From the NCBI GenBank assembly GCA_004431415.1, contig QPMI01000484.1, positions 186,001 to 250,000 on the forward strand: DNA of 64,000 nt. The letters run 5' to 3'. Below are positions 52,427 to 62,600 of this stretch, piece after piece. This DNA comes from Cyanophora paradoxa CCMP329. Lineage: Eukaryota; Plantae; Glaucophyta. Positions within the stretch are counted from its first letter, which is position 1; each line of letters begins with the position of its first letter. Under the pieces are notes generated by a model that ran no database searches, was not told the origin of the DNA, and saw only the letters and a program-made list of their open reading frames with translations. The position numbers and the translations under genes are program-made.

Positions 52427-54623
52427 TTAATGGTGAAGCGGCAGCCCCGCGAGAAGGGCGGCGGTGCACGTGGCCGCCGCGAGGGCGCCGAGGAGAGCCC
52501 CGAGCGCCGACGGCGAGCTCGGAAGGGCGCCCGAGATGTGAGGCCACGCGTACGGCACCACGGCCGCGGCGGGCGCGCTGGCCCCCGTCCACACCAGCGC
52601 CTGCAGTTAAAACACAGTTTAAAAACGTTATGATTACCTACATATTTCTGAGCGAGCGAGAGAGGCGCCGATCGCGAGGCACACGTATACGTACGTTGGT
52701 GAGTGTGATGGGGGGGAACGCGTCGGTGAGGCTGATGACTCGGATGGAGTAGCCCGTCGAGGTCCCCGCAGCAAAGGGCCCCGAGGTCTGAGCGGAGGCG
52801 CAAATGATTATTAAAAAGTTATCAAGTTTCACCCCATCGACATCTCTCGCTGCTTTGAGCTCGAGTTTATCATAGTATCGACATTAACGTTGAATTGCAC
52901 GGCTCGCACCGGGATCGCGAGGAGCGAGCGGGAAGCCTTGCGCGCGATCGATCGCGAGGGTGTGGGGCTCGGAAGGCCCGAGCTCGTTTTGTTCGCGTTG
53001 CACGTGTCCAGAGCGGGCACCGCTGCGCATGCGCCCCGATGAGACTTGAGTCGCGGAGCTAGCGCTCTAGATCTGAATCGGCTGGAGCGCGCGCACTGAA
53101 CCGAATCTCAAGCTCCGTGCTGCGCGTGACGGCGGGGTCACTCGCCTCGCAGGACGCGCCCGTCGCCGGGTCGACGATCAGAATCCGCAGCCGCGCCCCC
53201 GTTTCGAAGGGGAAGCCTTCCCCAAAGATCTGCGCGACGCCTCCGCTCTGCAGCCGGCGCGTGGGGTTATAACTACGCGTGGCTGGCTGCAGCTGGCGCC
53301 GCGGCCGGGGCCGGCGACCGCGACGGCCGAGGCGCGAGGGGAGCGCACAAGGGGCGACTGGATGAAGGGAGCCGGCGCCTGCAAAGCGTTCGACTCGTCC
53401 AGTGTGGCATTGTAGCCGCTGAGGCTCTTGGAAACCCCGCCCATGGCGGCGCGCGTGATCGTCTGCAGAAACGCAGGCCGCCGCGGCCGCCACGATTATA
53501 ATTAGCTGCGCAGTGAAAGAAACTAAAAATATATCGAATTTCAACAGTACTTGCCGGCTTGGAAGGCTTCGAGGGGGAGGGGCTGCGCAGACAAACACTC
53601 GTTCAGATGATCACCGGCCGCGGCTATATTAATTGTCGAGCTGGGCGGAATTCGAAGCCCATGCTAGCTGATTATGTAAACAAGCGATTTAGAGCTATCA
53701 TGCCCACTCCATTGGGTCAAACCTATGTCCTTCAGACGGGCCGCCCGTTTCCCCCGCCGCGCGGCCTTTCAGGCCGAATAGTTTTGCAACTGGGCCAGCC
53801 GTTGGAGCCCCCTTTAATTTAACGCGCGATAGCGGACTCACGTCGGGGACGGGGTCACCGCCAGGCAGACCCCGCTTACGTTCTTGAAGCCGGCGGTCTC
53901 GTTGCAGAAGCACGCTGGCCTCTTCTGGTACCGGAACCCGGGGGACGGCGCCGGCCTCGGCTGAGCCTGCTGGTTGGGCAAGCTGGTCGACACTTGCTCT
54001 TCCTTGATGATTGTCTCTCCGCCTGAGAAAGGGGCAAACGAAATCAGAAATGAAAAGCACGTGCATCTCGAATTCGAATAACAGCGACCGCGCGCCCAGC
54101 CCGGCCAATTGCAACTCACCCACACACGTTCGGACACAGAAGTGATTGAACCCCAAGGGCGGATCGAACGTTTCGAATCTGCGCATACCGTTACCCCCTA
54201 ATTATATAAAAACATCGACACAGGATGTGCAATTAATATTGATATTGGAGGCAACCCATAGCTAGAGATAAATATTAATATTGACGGCGCGCACGAATAC
54301 GGGACGACTGTCAGTTCCGGCGGGCAAATACATAGAGGTGCCGCACTGGCTCCATTGTAATACAGCTGACCGTACATGTAATCTCCTGCAACCGAACGCT
54401 ATTCAGTCGTCGAAACGTAATTATTTTATAGACAGGGAATCGGCGAATGCGCACCCTCGGCGCAAGTGCGCACGCAGTAATCCGCAGTAGTGGGTGAGAA
54501 CGCCGCCCCAGGAGATGGTGAGTCCTTCCGCACAAGCCGGCTGGCATTGTACAAGATGCGATTGCCGTAATTGAAGGACCCGTCGTGCACAGAAAGCCCC
54601 GGTTCGAGATCTCTGCGGCATAC
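52427..54623 (-). CDS. Multi-exon cell-surface glycoprotein with an IPT/TIG-like domain and a hydrophobic GPI-signal-like C-terminus; 5' exons not found
   Basis: YNPTRRLQSGGVAQIFGEGF...CEASDPAVTRSTELE is TIG-like. Cys-rich exons carry N-x-S/T sites (CFCNETAGFKNVSGVC, YNAT, NKTS). C-terminus ALGALLGALAATCTAALLAGLPLHH*. The most 5' exon found starts at an acceptor (ctcacag) near 54623. Confidence 0.55.
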
Positions 54624-55213
54624 TGTGAGTTTATGTGCGAATTTAGCCATAGATATTTAAGATCTCTGCGCATGCGGCAGGCTCGCTGGGAGGTGAACCC
54701 CACTAATTCCCGCCGACCTATTTCAGTGAGCAAATATAAACCATCCTTTATTCTCAGTCACAAATTAATAAAATCGCTCTATTCCGCACTGAGCCACACT
54801 GTCTTTTATAAACCTCTCATGCATCCTTACTAAAACCAATCACGAAAACCTACATTTCATCTTCTCTCCGATCTCTTACCATTCTCAGTAAGCCCTAAAC
54901 CCGTCCCCCGATCTCTCAGTAAGGCACAGTAAGACCCCATTATTACGAAATGTTCCCGATCGTTGCCGGACTGTTTTCAGTAATCCAAAAAGAAAACCGA
55001 GGTGAACCCCACTGAGAGAGTACGATGATAAGTACGAGATCGATTGCGTTCGCAAGTTTGTGCATCTGCAAGCATGCCGAAAATGCCCACCTGCACAAAC
55101 TTGCGAACTCAATCGAAATGTACTGGAACCACTCGCGCCCCGCCCACTATGCAAGATACATGCGAACAACATGCGAGATACATATATAAATTGTTTTTCT
55201 CTTCCTATAATAA

Positions 55214-56023
55214 ATGAAGACTCACTTTTACCATAAATATACCGGCAACAAGTATAATGAAATGGATACGATCTATCCATATATCGATTTAGAAGGAATT
55301 AATAAAGTTATAGAACCGTTTTGTGGTTCAGGTGCTTGTAGTTTCTATCTTTGGGAAAAGCATAAAGACCGGTTTGATTATTATATGAATGATAACGACG
55401 AAACCCATACCCTTTTTTTGAATACAATGAAAGACCCAGACAATAAAGTTAAACTCTTAGAGAGTCTTAAACAGTTCGAAGCAGTAAGCAATATAGAAGA
55501 GCATAAAGAAGTCTATAAGAAGTTTCTACAACATGATCGTAAAGATGCAATGGATTACTTAGCTCACCATTTCTATCTTCTTAAAAACAGCGTTTTAAAT
55601 GTTAAAACCCTCCGTGATTTCAAAAAACGAAACGTGAAGGTGAGTCCATATACAACTCTTAAAAAGAAGATGCCTTACGATGATTTCATAAAAGGAGTCA
55701 ACCTATCCCATGGGGATTTTCGCGATATTGTAGCCAAATATAGAGATGACGAAGCGGCTTTTATATTTCTCGATCCTCCATACGTAAACAGCAATAATGA
55801 CTTTTACGAAAATGTAGAATTCGATTTAGAAACCTTCTTTTTGGATTTGGAAGACCTATTTAAGACAGCGAAATGCAAGGTTATGATGGTTGTAAATGAT
55901 GCTCTTTTAATGAAACTCCTATTTAAACCCTATATTCGCCATACGTATGGCAAAGTGTATGGTATAACAAAACGAAAAAGGAACCATATCATAATGACTA
56001 ACTATGAACTTGGTGAAAAATAA
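55214..56023 (+). CDS. Dam-like (D12 class) N6-adenine DNA methyltransferase
   Basis: Motif X/I YTGNK...IEPFCGSGA, then MND, and catalytic motif IV FIFLDPPY. 269 aa, intronless. Confidence 0.92.
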   Translation: MKTHFYHKYTGNKYNEMDTIYPYIDLEGINKVIEPFCGSGACSFYLWEKHKDRFDYYMNDNDETHTLFLNTMKDPDNKVKLLESLKQFEAVSNIEEHKEVYKKFLQHDRKDAMDYLAHHFYLLKNSVLNVKTLRDFKKRNVKVSPYTTLKKKMPYDDFIKGVNLSHGDFRDIVAKYRDDEAAFIFLDPPYVNSNNDFYENVEFDLETFFLDLEDLFKTAKCKVMMVVNDALLMKLLFKPYIRHTYGKVYGITKRKRNHIIMTNYELGEK

Positions 56024-56154
56024 CGACTCAGTCGTATATATATTTCGTATATATGTCCGAACCTCCGTATGTATGATCCCGCCCAACTTCCGATTTTTTA
56101 CTTTACTTTTTTACTATATTTTTTGGTTTTTTCACTTTTTTTCGCATATGACGA

Positions 56155-56463
56155 CATATACATATATACCGACGTCACCGACATATTCGGGGTCATCACA
56201 TCGCGGCGATTCCGAAAACATATAGCATGCCACAAAGTAGTTTTTTGTGTTTGTTTCCGATATTTGACCAATCACAGTGAGGTTGTAATGGTTTAAAAAT
56301 TACAACCCAAAAACATTACAACCCAAAAACATTACAACCCAAAAAATTACAACTCAAAAAAACGAAAAAAACCGCATATACATATATACACCGGCGTCAC
56401 CGACATATTCGGGGTCATCACATCGCGGCGATTCCGAAAACATATAGCATGCCACAAAGTAGT
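56155..56463. repeat. Direct repeat pair (~87 bp, 69-bp identical core) enclosing a 16-bp tandem (attacaacccaaaaac, 4 copies)
   Basis: 56173-56241 equals 56395-56463. Tandem units at 56299, 56315, 56331 and 56346. Confidence 0.93.
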
Positions 56464-56540
56464 GTTTGTCGCTTGTATATATATGTATGCATATGTCGTC
56501 GTCGCGGTGAGAACTTCGGAAGTGCTCAGCGGCTATGCCA

Positions 56541-56668
56541 TTTTCGAGGACACGCTGTCCATTTCGGGGACACGCTGTCCTTTTCGGGGACACGCTGTCC
56601 TTTTCGGGGACACTGGGATGCCGCCAGCCGGGCGCCGGCGCCATGTCCATTTCGGGGACATCGTGTCC
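56541..56668. repeat. 20-bp tandem repeat with internal dyad GGACA-cgc-TGTCC (3.5 copies plus one dispersed copy)
   Basis: Units at 56541, 56561, 56581, partial at 56601, and a variant at ~56649. Confidence 0.9.
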
Positions 56669-57428
56669 ACGAAAGTCAAGAAAATCCACACATTTTATGT
56701 AATTGTATTTCCTCGGGATTAACTTTTTTAATTTTATTTATGTATTTGCAAGTTGTGGACTCGCAACGTCTCGCATAGTACTAAATTGTACCCGGTGCAT
56801 GTAATTACTGCGGGCAAAGCAATAAAATTATCGTGTATAAATCAAACAATAAATTAAACGACTCAGAATTGGACTCGGCGAGTCAAATGCTCGTAGACTC
56901 GGGCGTTCTGCGTTCCAAGTCAAATGTGACCCTGCATACGTAAATGATCTTGCATATCTAATCGCGAATACGTGTAGGGCAAGCTACGACGATCACGGCA
57001 ATGTAAAACAAGCTACCGAGATTCGCAAGCGCAAGCGCTACAAGTCCGGCGCCGCGCAAATCGAGACCCCCTTCGGATTTCGCTTGATAAGTTAACAGGA
57101 AATCACGATCTCCGGGCGCGGAAAAATGTCTCGTGTTCGTTGCTTGCTTCCGGGCATTCTGGTAGCTACGGCAATCTCTGTAACCGAGTTGGCGCGGCGG
57201 GGCAGCTACAAACGTGTAGCGACCCCGAAAGTCACGTAGTAGCTACTACGGCGCGCGCGATTTCTCGCGATACAAGATAGCCAAGCTACTCATACTTTGC
57301 ATCCGCGCGCGTATAGCGTAGTTCTACGCTACTACAAAGCGGCGCGGTCTGATTCGCAAAGATCGCGATTTGGCGGCTACAAAAGCACACACAGCTCGTA
57401 GCTCACAAAAATATCGACTTAATTAATA

Positions 57429-57821
57429 ATGGATTCCCGATACCGCGGCTACCGCGTAATGCTCGACTATATAACCGACCCGTTCACCGACTCCCCGGAG
57501 GGATGCGCCGAGTGGATCACAGCGAACCTATCGCAATATATAACAGATCGCAAGATGCGCATCGTGCATCAGCACACTTGCATTTTCGATGGCTCTATTT
57601 CCCCTCCTGGTTTCGCGATTGGCTTTCTATTGGATGAGTCGCATGCGACAGCTCACTCTTACAGCGACCAGGGGCTATTAGCGATCGATATCTTTACATG
57701 CGGCTCAAATGCCGAAGCGAAGACAATGGGTATAGCACGGGACATTAACGAACTCATACAAGAAAGGCTGAAAGTTCGAAAGTGGGACTTACAGGTCGAG
57801 CAAAGGTTCCCAATTTCATAA
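57429..57821 (+). CDS. Prokaryotic-type pyruvoyl S-adenosylmethionine decarboxylase family proenzyme (SpeD/SpeH-like)
   Basis: PPGFAIGFLLDESHATAHSY carries the E-S self-cleavage site, and AIDIFTCG the catalytic Cys. 130 aa, typical class 1b size. Confidence 0.9.
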   Translation: MDSRYRGYRVMLDYITDPFTDSPEGCAEWITANLSQYITDRKMRIVHQHTCIFDGSISPPGFAIGFLLDESHATAHSYSDQGLLAIDIFTCGSNAEAKTMGIARDINELIQERLKVRKWDLQVEQRFPIS

Positions 57822-57846
57822 AAAATGAAAAAAGCGACATATACAT

Positions 57847-58161
57847 TTAATGTTCCTTGATCGGAAACTTGCCCATTAGCGGGTGATCGAGACCCATGAC
57901 ATACCAGCATCGCATGACGGGATCCCAGCGGGCTCTCTCAGCCTTCGCTTGATCCTTAAATTCATAAGGAATATCGAGGTAAACCTTCACGTTTCTTTGA
58001 TACACTTGCTCATAGCTTAGAGTTTTGAACTGAGAGCATAGGGGGTGATCTTTCTTCGTGACATACCAGCATGAATTCTCACGATCCCACTTTCCACCGA
58101 GGGATTTCGCAACGTCTTTTTTATCATACGGAATGTCAACGAAATGCTTTTCACCCTCCAT
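57847..58161 (-). CDS. Small protein with two DUF5710-like repeats
   Basis: DIPYDKKDVAKSLGGKWDRENSCWYV and DIPYEFKDQAKAERARWDPVMRCWYV. Confidence 0.85.
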   Translation of the reverse strand: MEGEKHFVDIPYDKKDVAKSLGGKWDRENSCWYVTKKDHPLCSQFKTLSYEQVYQRNVKVYLDIPYEFKDQAKAERARWDPVMRCWYVMGLDHPLMGKFPIKEH

Positions 58162-58174
58162 CGCTTTTATATTT

Positions 58175-58194
58175 ACCGGAGAAAATAATTTCGG
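58175..58194 (-). promoter_or_regulatory. Conserved 20-bp element promoter motif (minus strand ccgaaattattttctccggt), copy 1
   Basis: Identical to 63941-63960. Lies 13 nt upstream of the DUF5710 ATG. Confidence 0.7.
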
Positions 58195-58200
58195 GGTTTG

Positions 58201-59583
58201 TTATGAACGAGATGACCGAAGAATGCGCGTAGTAGGGGCTGTGTAGCTTGCGCTCTGATTCTTGAATGATTTATACCACCGCTGACTGTTTACCTCTGAG
58301 AGCTTCTCGGTTCCTGCGATCGTTAATTTGGCGAGCTCTCTCAGCGCTCTCTTCGTCTTTTCTGCGCGATCTTCCAGTAGGTCGCCTTTGGGAACGCTTG
58401 CGGCAACATCTATACCTTCCTTTTGAACCTGTCGGATAGAAGCGGCTTCTATTTCGGCTGCTTTGATTGCGTTGCCTGATGGTTCCACCACAGCTTCGAC
58501 CTCTGTAATGATCTGCAATTCGTGCGGCTTAAAAAGCTTCGGCATTACGTTTCCGGATGCATCTTGCACCTCTATTGCGTTTCCTCTCCTTCCCGCAATT
58601 TTGTAGACCTCTCGGCTATACCTTTGAGTCGCCCCTTTATCGAACTTCGATCTCGGCAATAACAGGCGGACGTGGAGACCCGGCGTAAAGTCGCTGAATA
58701 TATCCTTGACGATCGTATTCTTTTTCGAAATAATAGCCGCTCGGATCCGATCCATATCAGTAAGCTTAACATCTGCGGGCTTCATTCCTATTGTTCTGTG
58801 AATGGTGTTGTTATAATTGAAAACGAAGTCGTCCAATTTGTCCATGAATCGAACTGTATTATAAGCGACACAGTAATTGTTTATCATCGTTTTTAAGGTC
58901 AAATGAAAGCGATTCATAATTCCCAGCGATGTGTGATCTCCGACCTGTTTAAAGCGGTGCTCTATCGCATTATTTTTCACGATCTCCTGAAACTCCTTTG
59001 CGATGAACTCAGAGCCATTGTCTGTCTCTAATCGAACCATTGGAGCCGGGAGCTCTGTTAGCATCTCCGCAAAAGCGGCGGCAACGCTCGCCCCCTCTTT
59101 GTTCTTTAATTTCTTGGCATACGCTTTTCGGCTTGTCATCTCGATGAGAGTAAGGACTGCAATGTAGCCGGAATTATAATTGCCATATGAGAGATAAAAG
59201 ATGAGATCGGCTTGGTAGCACCACGGCGGGGCTGTGATAGGAATAAAGGCTGTTTGGGTCGGTGCGGGGGGCTTCTTGTTGATCTGCATAAATTCTTGTT
59301 TCGCTGCGACGTCTTGCACTTCTTTCAAAGTGAGGGTCTTGTCCTCTTTTCTCAGCTCTTCGTACAATGCCGATGGGTTCTTAAAACCTGTCTTTGGGTC
59401 ATACATGCGTCGCACGATCTTAGAGGACGGGTTAGCAATGCTAAAAGGAACATCTCCTAATAAATTGGATTTTGCTTGGCGTTTTGTAATTTTTTGGGGG
59501 ACTTGCTCAGTTTCAGGAACCGCGATAGGTAATAGGGTCGTCTCCGTTTCCTCGCCCGCTACCCTTCTAACGATCCGTGACAT
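58201..59583 (-). CDS. Polinton-type rve (retroviral-like) integrase with a D,D(35)N triad
   Basis: WCYQADL, IEMTSRKAYA, LETDNGSEF, LGIMNRFHLTLK, YNNTIHRTIGMKP and FDKG...YSREVYKI. No chromodomain evident. Confidence 0.93.
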   Translation of the reverse strand: MSRIVRRVAGEETETTLLPIAVPETEQVPQKITKRQAKSNLLGDVPFSIANPSSKIVRRMYDPKTGFKNPSALYEELRKEDKTLTLKEVQDVAAKQEFMQINKKPPAPTQTAFIPITAPPWCYQADLIFYLSYGNYNSGYIAVLTLIEMTSRKAYAKKLKNKEGASVAAAFAEMLTELPAPMVRLETDNGSEFIAKEFQEIVKNNAIEHRFKQVGDHTSLGIMNRFHLTLKTMINNYCVAYNTVRFMDKLDDFVFNYNNTIHRTIGMKPADVKLTDMDRIRAAIISKKNTIVKDIFSDFTPGLHVRLLLPRSKFDKGATQRYSREVYKIAGRRGNAIEVQDASGNVMPKLFKPHELQIITEVEAVVEPSGNAIKAAEIEAASIRQVQKEGIDVAASVPKGDLLEDRAEKTKRALRELAKLTIAGTEKLSEVNSQRWYKSFKNQSASYTAPTTRILRSSRS

Positions 59584-59601
59584 TCTTCTAATTAAACCTG
59601 T

Positions 59602-62600
59602 TTATTTTTTGCTGCAATTGCACCCGTGATGCACGAGCTGGCAATTGTCTTGAAGGTGTGGGCGCCTGTTGTTAATGCGATCCACGACGAGCTTGTAATT
59701 TGGATCTTGTGGCTCAGTCGGAATAGGAAGGGAACAGAGCGCACAGGCGCCCTTCTGTTGCTTTTTGCGCTCTAATATCCACTCCGGCGTAATATAATCC
59801 GCCTCGTCGAAATCGCGCCCGGCACGCTGATCCTGGCATTTATAACCGCGGATCTTCGTTTTCAGATATTCGATGTAGTCATGCTTTCCTTGGAACTTGT
59901 GAATCGGTGTATAAATCAGCACAGTAGACAGATCGCGGTTACGAGTGAGCGCGGTATAGAACCATTCGCGAGTGGTATAGCGGAACGTAGCCTCACAAAT
60001 GGCAATGCCCGAATCAAGTGTGAGACCTTGCGTTGAATGACCTGTTCCTGCATAAGGGAGAGAAAAATGTTCTAACATCGCGCACGGAACCTCGAACGTG
60101 ACGCCATCGAAAACGTCCGTTAATGTGACCATTTGCTTGGTGATTTTGGTGATTCGATAGGTGTAATTCGTGTATGCATTAACAGACTCGCCCTCAGTCC
60201 GCGAAATGCGTAGATACCTGCGGCAAACGACTTCCAGACCCTTGTAGAATTTAATGCCATTGACCTCTACGGTTGGGATATTTACTTTTCGTCTATCGTG
60301 CATCAATTTGTTATAGGCTAAGGTCATTTCGTTTCTGTAAGCGATGCCAAAGTAGCCGTCGGGAATAGCGTTTAGATCATTAATTGTCGGCAACCCGTAT
60401 TTCGAGATAATCTGTGCGGCTTCCAGTCCGTTCTCGAAGAGATCCTCTTTAATCGCCCGAATTAATTCACGGTCTGTCTCCTTCTTGTGCCGCTTGTTAT
60501 TGCGTAGACTCAGAACGTTAGGGAACATACTCTGCACCGCGCGCTTATAGTAGCCCTTGCGATCAGAAACCGAGAGGTCGTCATTAATTGGTTCGTTCTG
60601 ATAGGTATCGCCATTAGCCAAATATTTGATATCCGGATAGCGATCGATAAACGACTTGATCTTAGCGAGATCTTTTACGGAATACGCGAATATCTCGTCG
60701 AACATAATGTGACTGAACTCGGAGACGAACGCCCTCTGGTCTTTTTCGCTCATAGCCTCTTCGTAGGTCTGATCATTTGAGACACGGATCCCGAGAACAT
60801 TATACAAAGTACGAACGGTAATATTCTCGATGCCGCGGACTTTGAGAGAGTCCCTCAGCTCCGCGCACTGTTTGTTATAGGGGCAAATAATCAAGCAATT
60901 CGATTTTTGGGAGGCGAAACAGTTAACTCCGAGGGTCGATTTTCCACTACCGGGCATGTCAGCAAGGACAAGCATACGATTATGGAGCTCCGCAACCCGA
61001 TTAAAGCACTCCGGATTAAATTCGTCCCTTAGCGAGAACCGGTTAATGAGTGTGTCGGGATCCTGAAATTCGAGAGTTACACCCCGTGGTGGGCGGAGTG
61101 CATTCTCAGGGCATCTTTTCCCGGGAATATAGCTGAATTTGCCCATGTTCTCAAACGCATTTCGGTCGAACTCTTTCTTACTTGTCCATGAACCTTCGAT
61201 ATATAGGCAATCCGTTCTGATCCCGGCAACCTTGTGCCCGCGCGCTGTCAGGCGCTTGTATTGCGCAAACATATTAGCGCGGTTGCGATCGTAAATATGA
61301 AAGTGGATAGGAAGGAACCCATTAACAAGCTCGCGGTGAGAGCTGATCTTAACGAAATAGATGTGACCTTCGAATTCGCTGAGAGCTTTGACACGTTTCG
61401 AATTCTTAGGATTGAAAGTAAACACCTCTACTGTTCCTCCGCATTCTTGGGCGAACCTTTCAGCCTCGGCACGGTTGTAGAACATTTTCGTGGATGTTTG
61501 CGAGTCTTGAAATTTGCCGAGCATTCCGATCTCTTTCACTAAAATGTGCTTCTTGTCCGTGGTTTGAATGTCACTTGAAAGTACTTTCTTCATCTCGGAG
61601 ATCGACGTATTGGGCACCAAATGCGAAGGCTCCGCGACCGCGATAATCTCTATCTTGTCCTTTACGTCCGCCCAATGCATGGAGAGAGTGTAGCCTGTGA
61701 TGAAATTGTAGCACCGACCACTCACGGAAAATGCGCGATCCAGAACAATTTCGATTCCGTCAATCTTGCGGGAAACGGCGGCATCATAATCTATGTCCTC
61801 ATCGTCGGCGAAAGTCGCTTGCTCTCTCTCAAACGCGACCACACGCACGTAGTAGATCGCGTATTCGAGAATTTCGCTTCCCTCTTTAAAGGGAACGAAG
61901 TCATCGAACACATTGTACTTCGGAAGATATTGCATGCCTTTCAGTATCGAAGGGTAGCACTTCGCCATATCGACAGCTGTGTAGGTGGTGTTTGGGTTTG
62001 GCTTATAGAAATAGCCGCTAAGTGCGGATCGCTTGTAGTGCGTGAGAATTTCGCGCATGTTCGGGCTGTAATGTGAGATATTCGTCGCATTTAGTAGTGA
62101 CTCGCGGAAACCCTTACCGATTTCACAGACCTTATTATAATACTCCTCTGTTTCGAAATCTTGCTCAATGAAGTGGTCGGTTGTGCGTGGGTCTTTGATC
62201 GAGAACATCGAGCCATTGGCTTTGAATGTAATGCTTTCGATCTGTTTCGACGGTGTTAACTTCACAGCGGGCTCATATCGCATTTTCAGGAACGTAAATA
62301 GAAGACCTTCCAGACCTTCACGCCCAGTGTAAAGAATGCGAATGAAACTGCGCTCGTCAGGTGATAGTTTTAATTGCGTGATCTTTAACAGATCCTTGGA
62401 TGTGTGCGCGAAGATATCGTGAGTAAGACACGTCGGAATTTTATAGAGTGCTAACGAAGAGTTCGACTTAGGAACATGATTATCAAGCTCTTCGACCTCC
62501 ATCTTTGCCATGCGCATTTCGAGCGACTTGATGTTATCGTTGAATATATAGATATGCTTGTTGTGAATCATGAAGTGAATATTGCGGGGATTGATATTTT

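Noticed and set aside
507-54200. Hundreds of long Arg/Gly/Pro/Ala-rich ORFs in the six-frame track
   Set aside because: They result from high GC and intron read-through or antisense frames; the real proteins are rebuilt from short exons.
56299-56361. Telomere-like repeat
   Set aside because: 16-bp unit, four copies, internal to the element, and not a known telomeric motif.
56155-56668. Possible CRISPR-like array
   Set aside because: Only two long repeats plus spacer-less tandem units, no unique equal-length spacers, and no cas genes.
58201-59583. LTR retrotransposon or IS3-type element
   Set aside because: No gag, protease, RT or RNase H and no LTRs; the neighbours are PolB-helicase and MTase, fitting a Polinton-like element.
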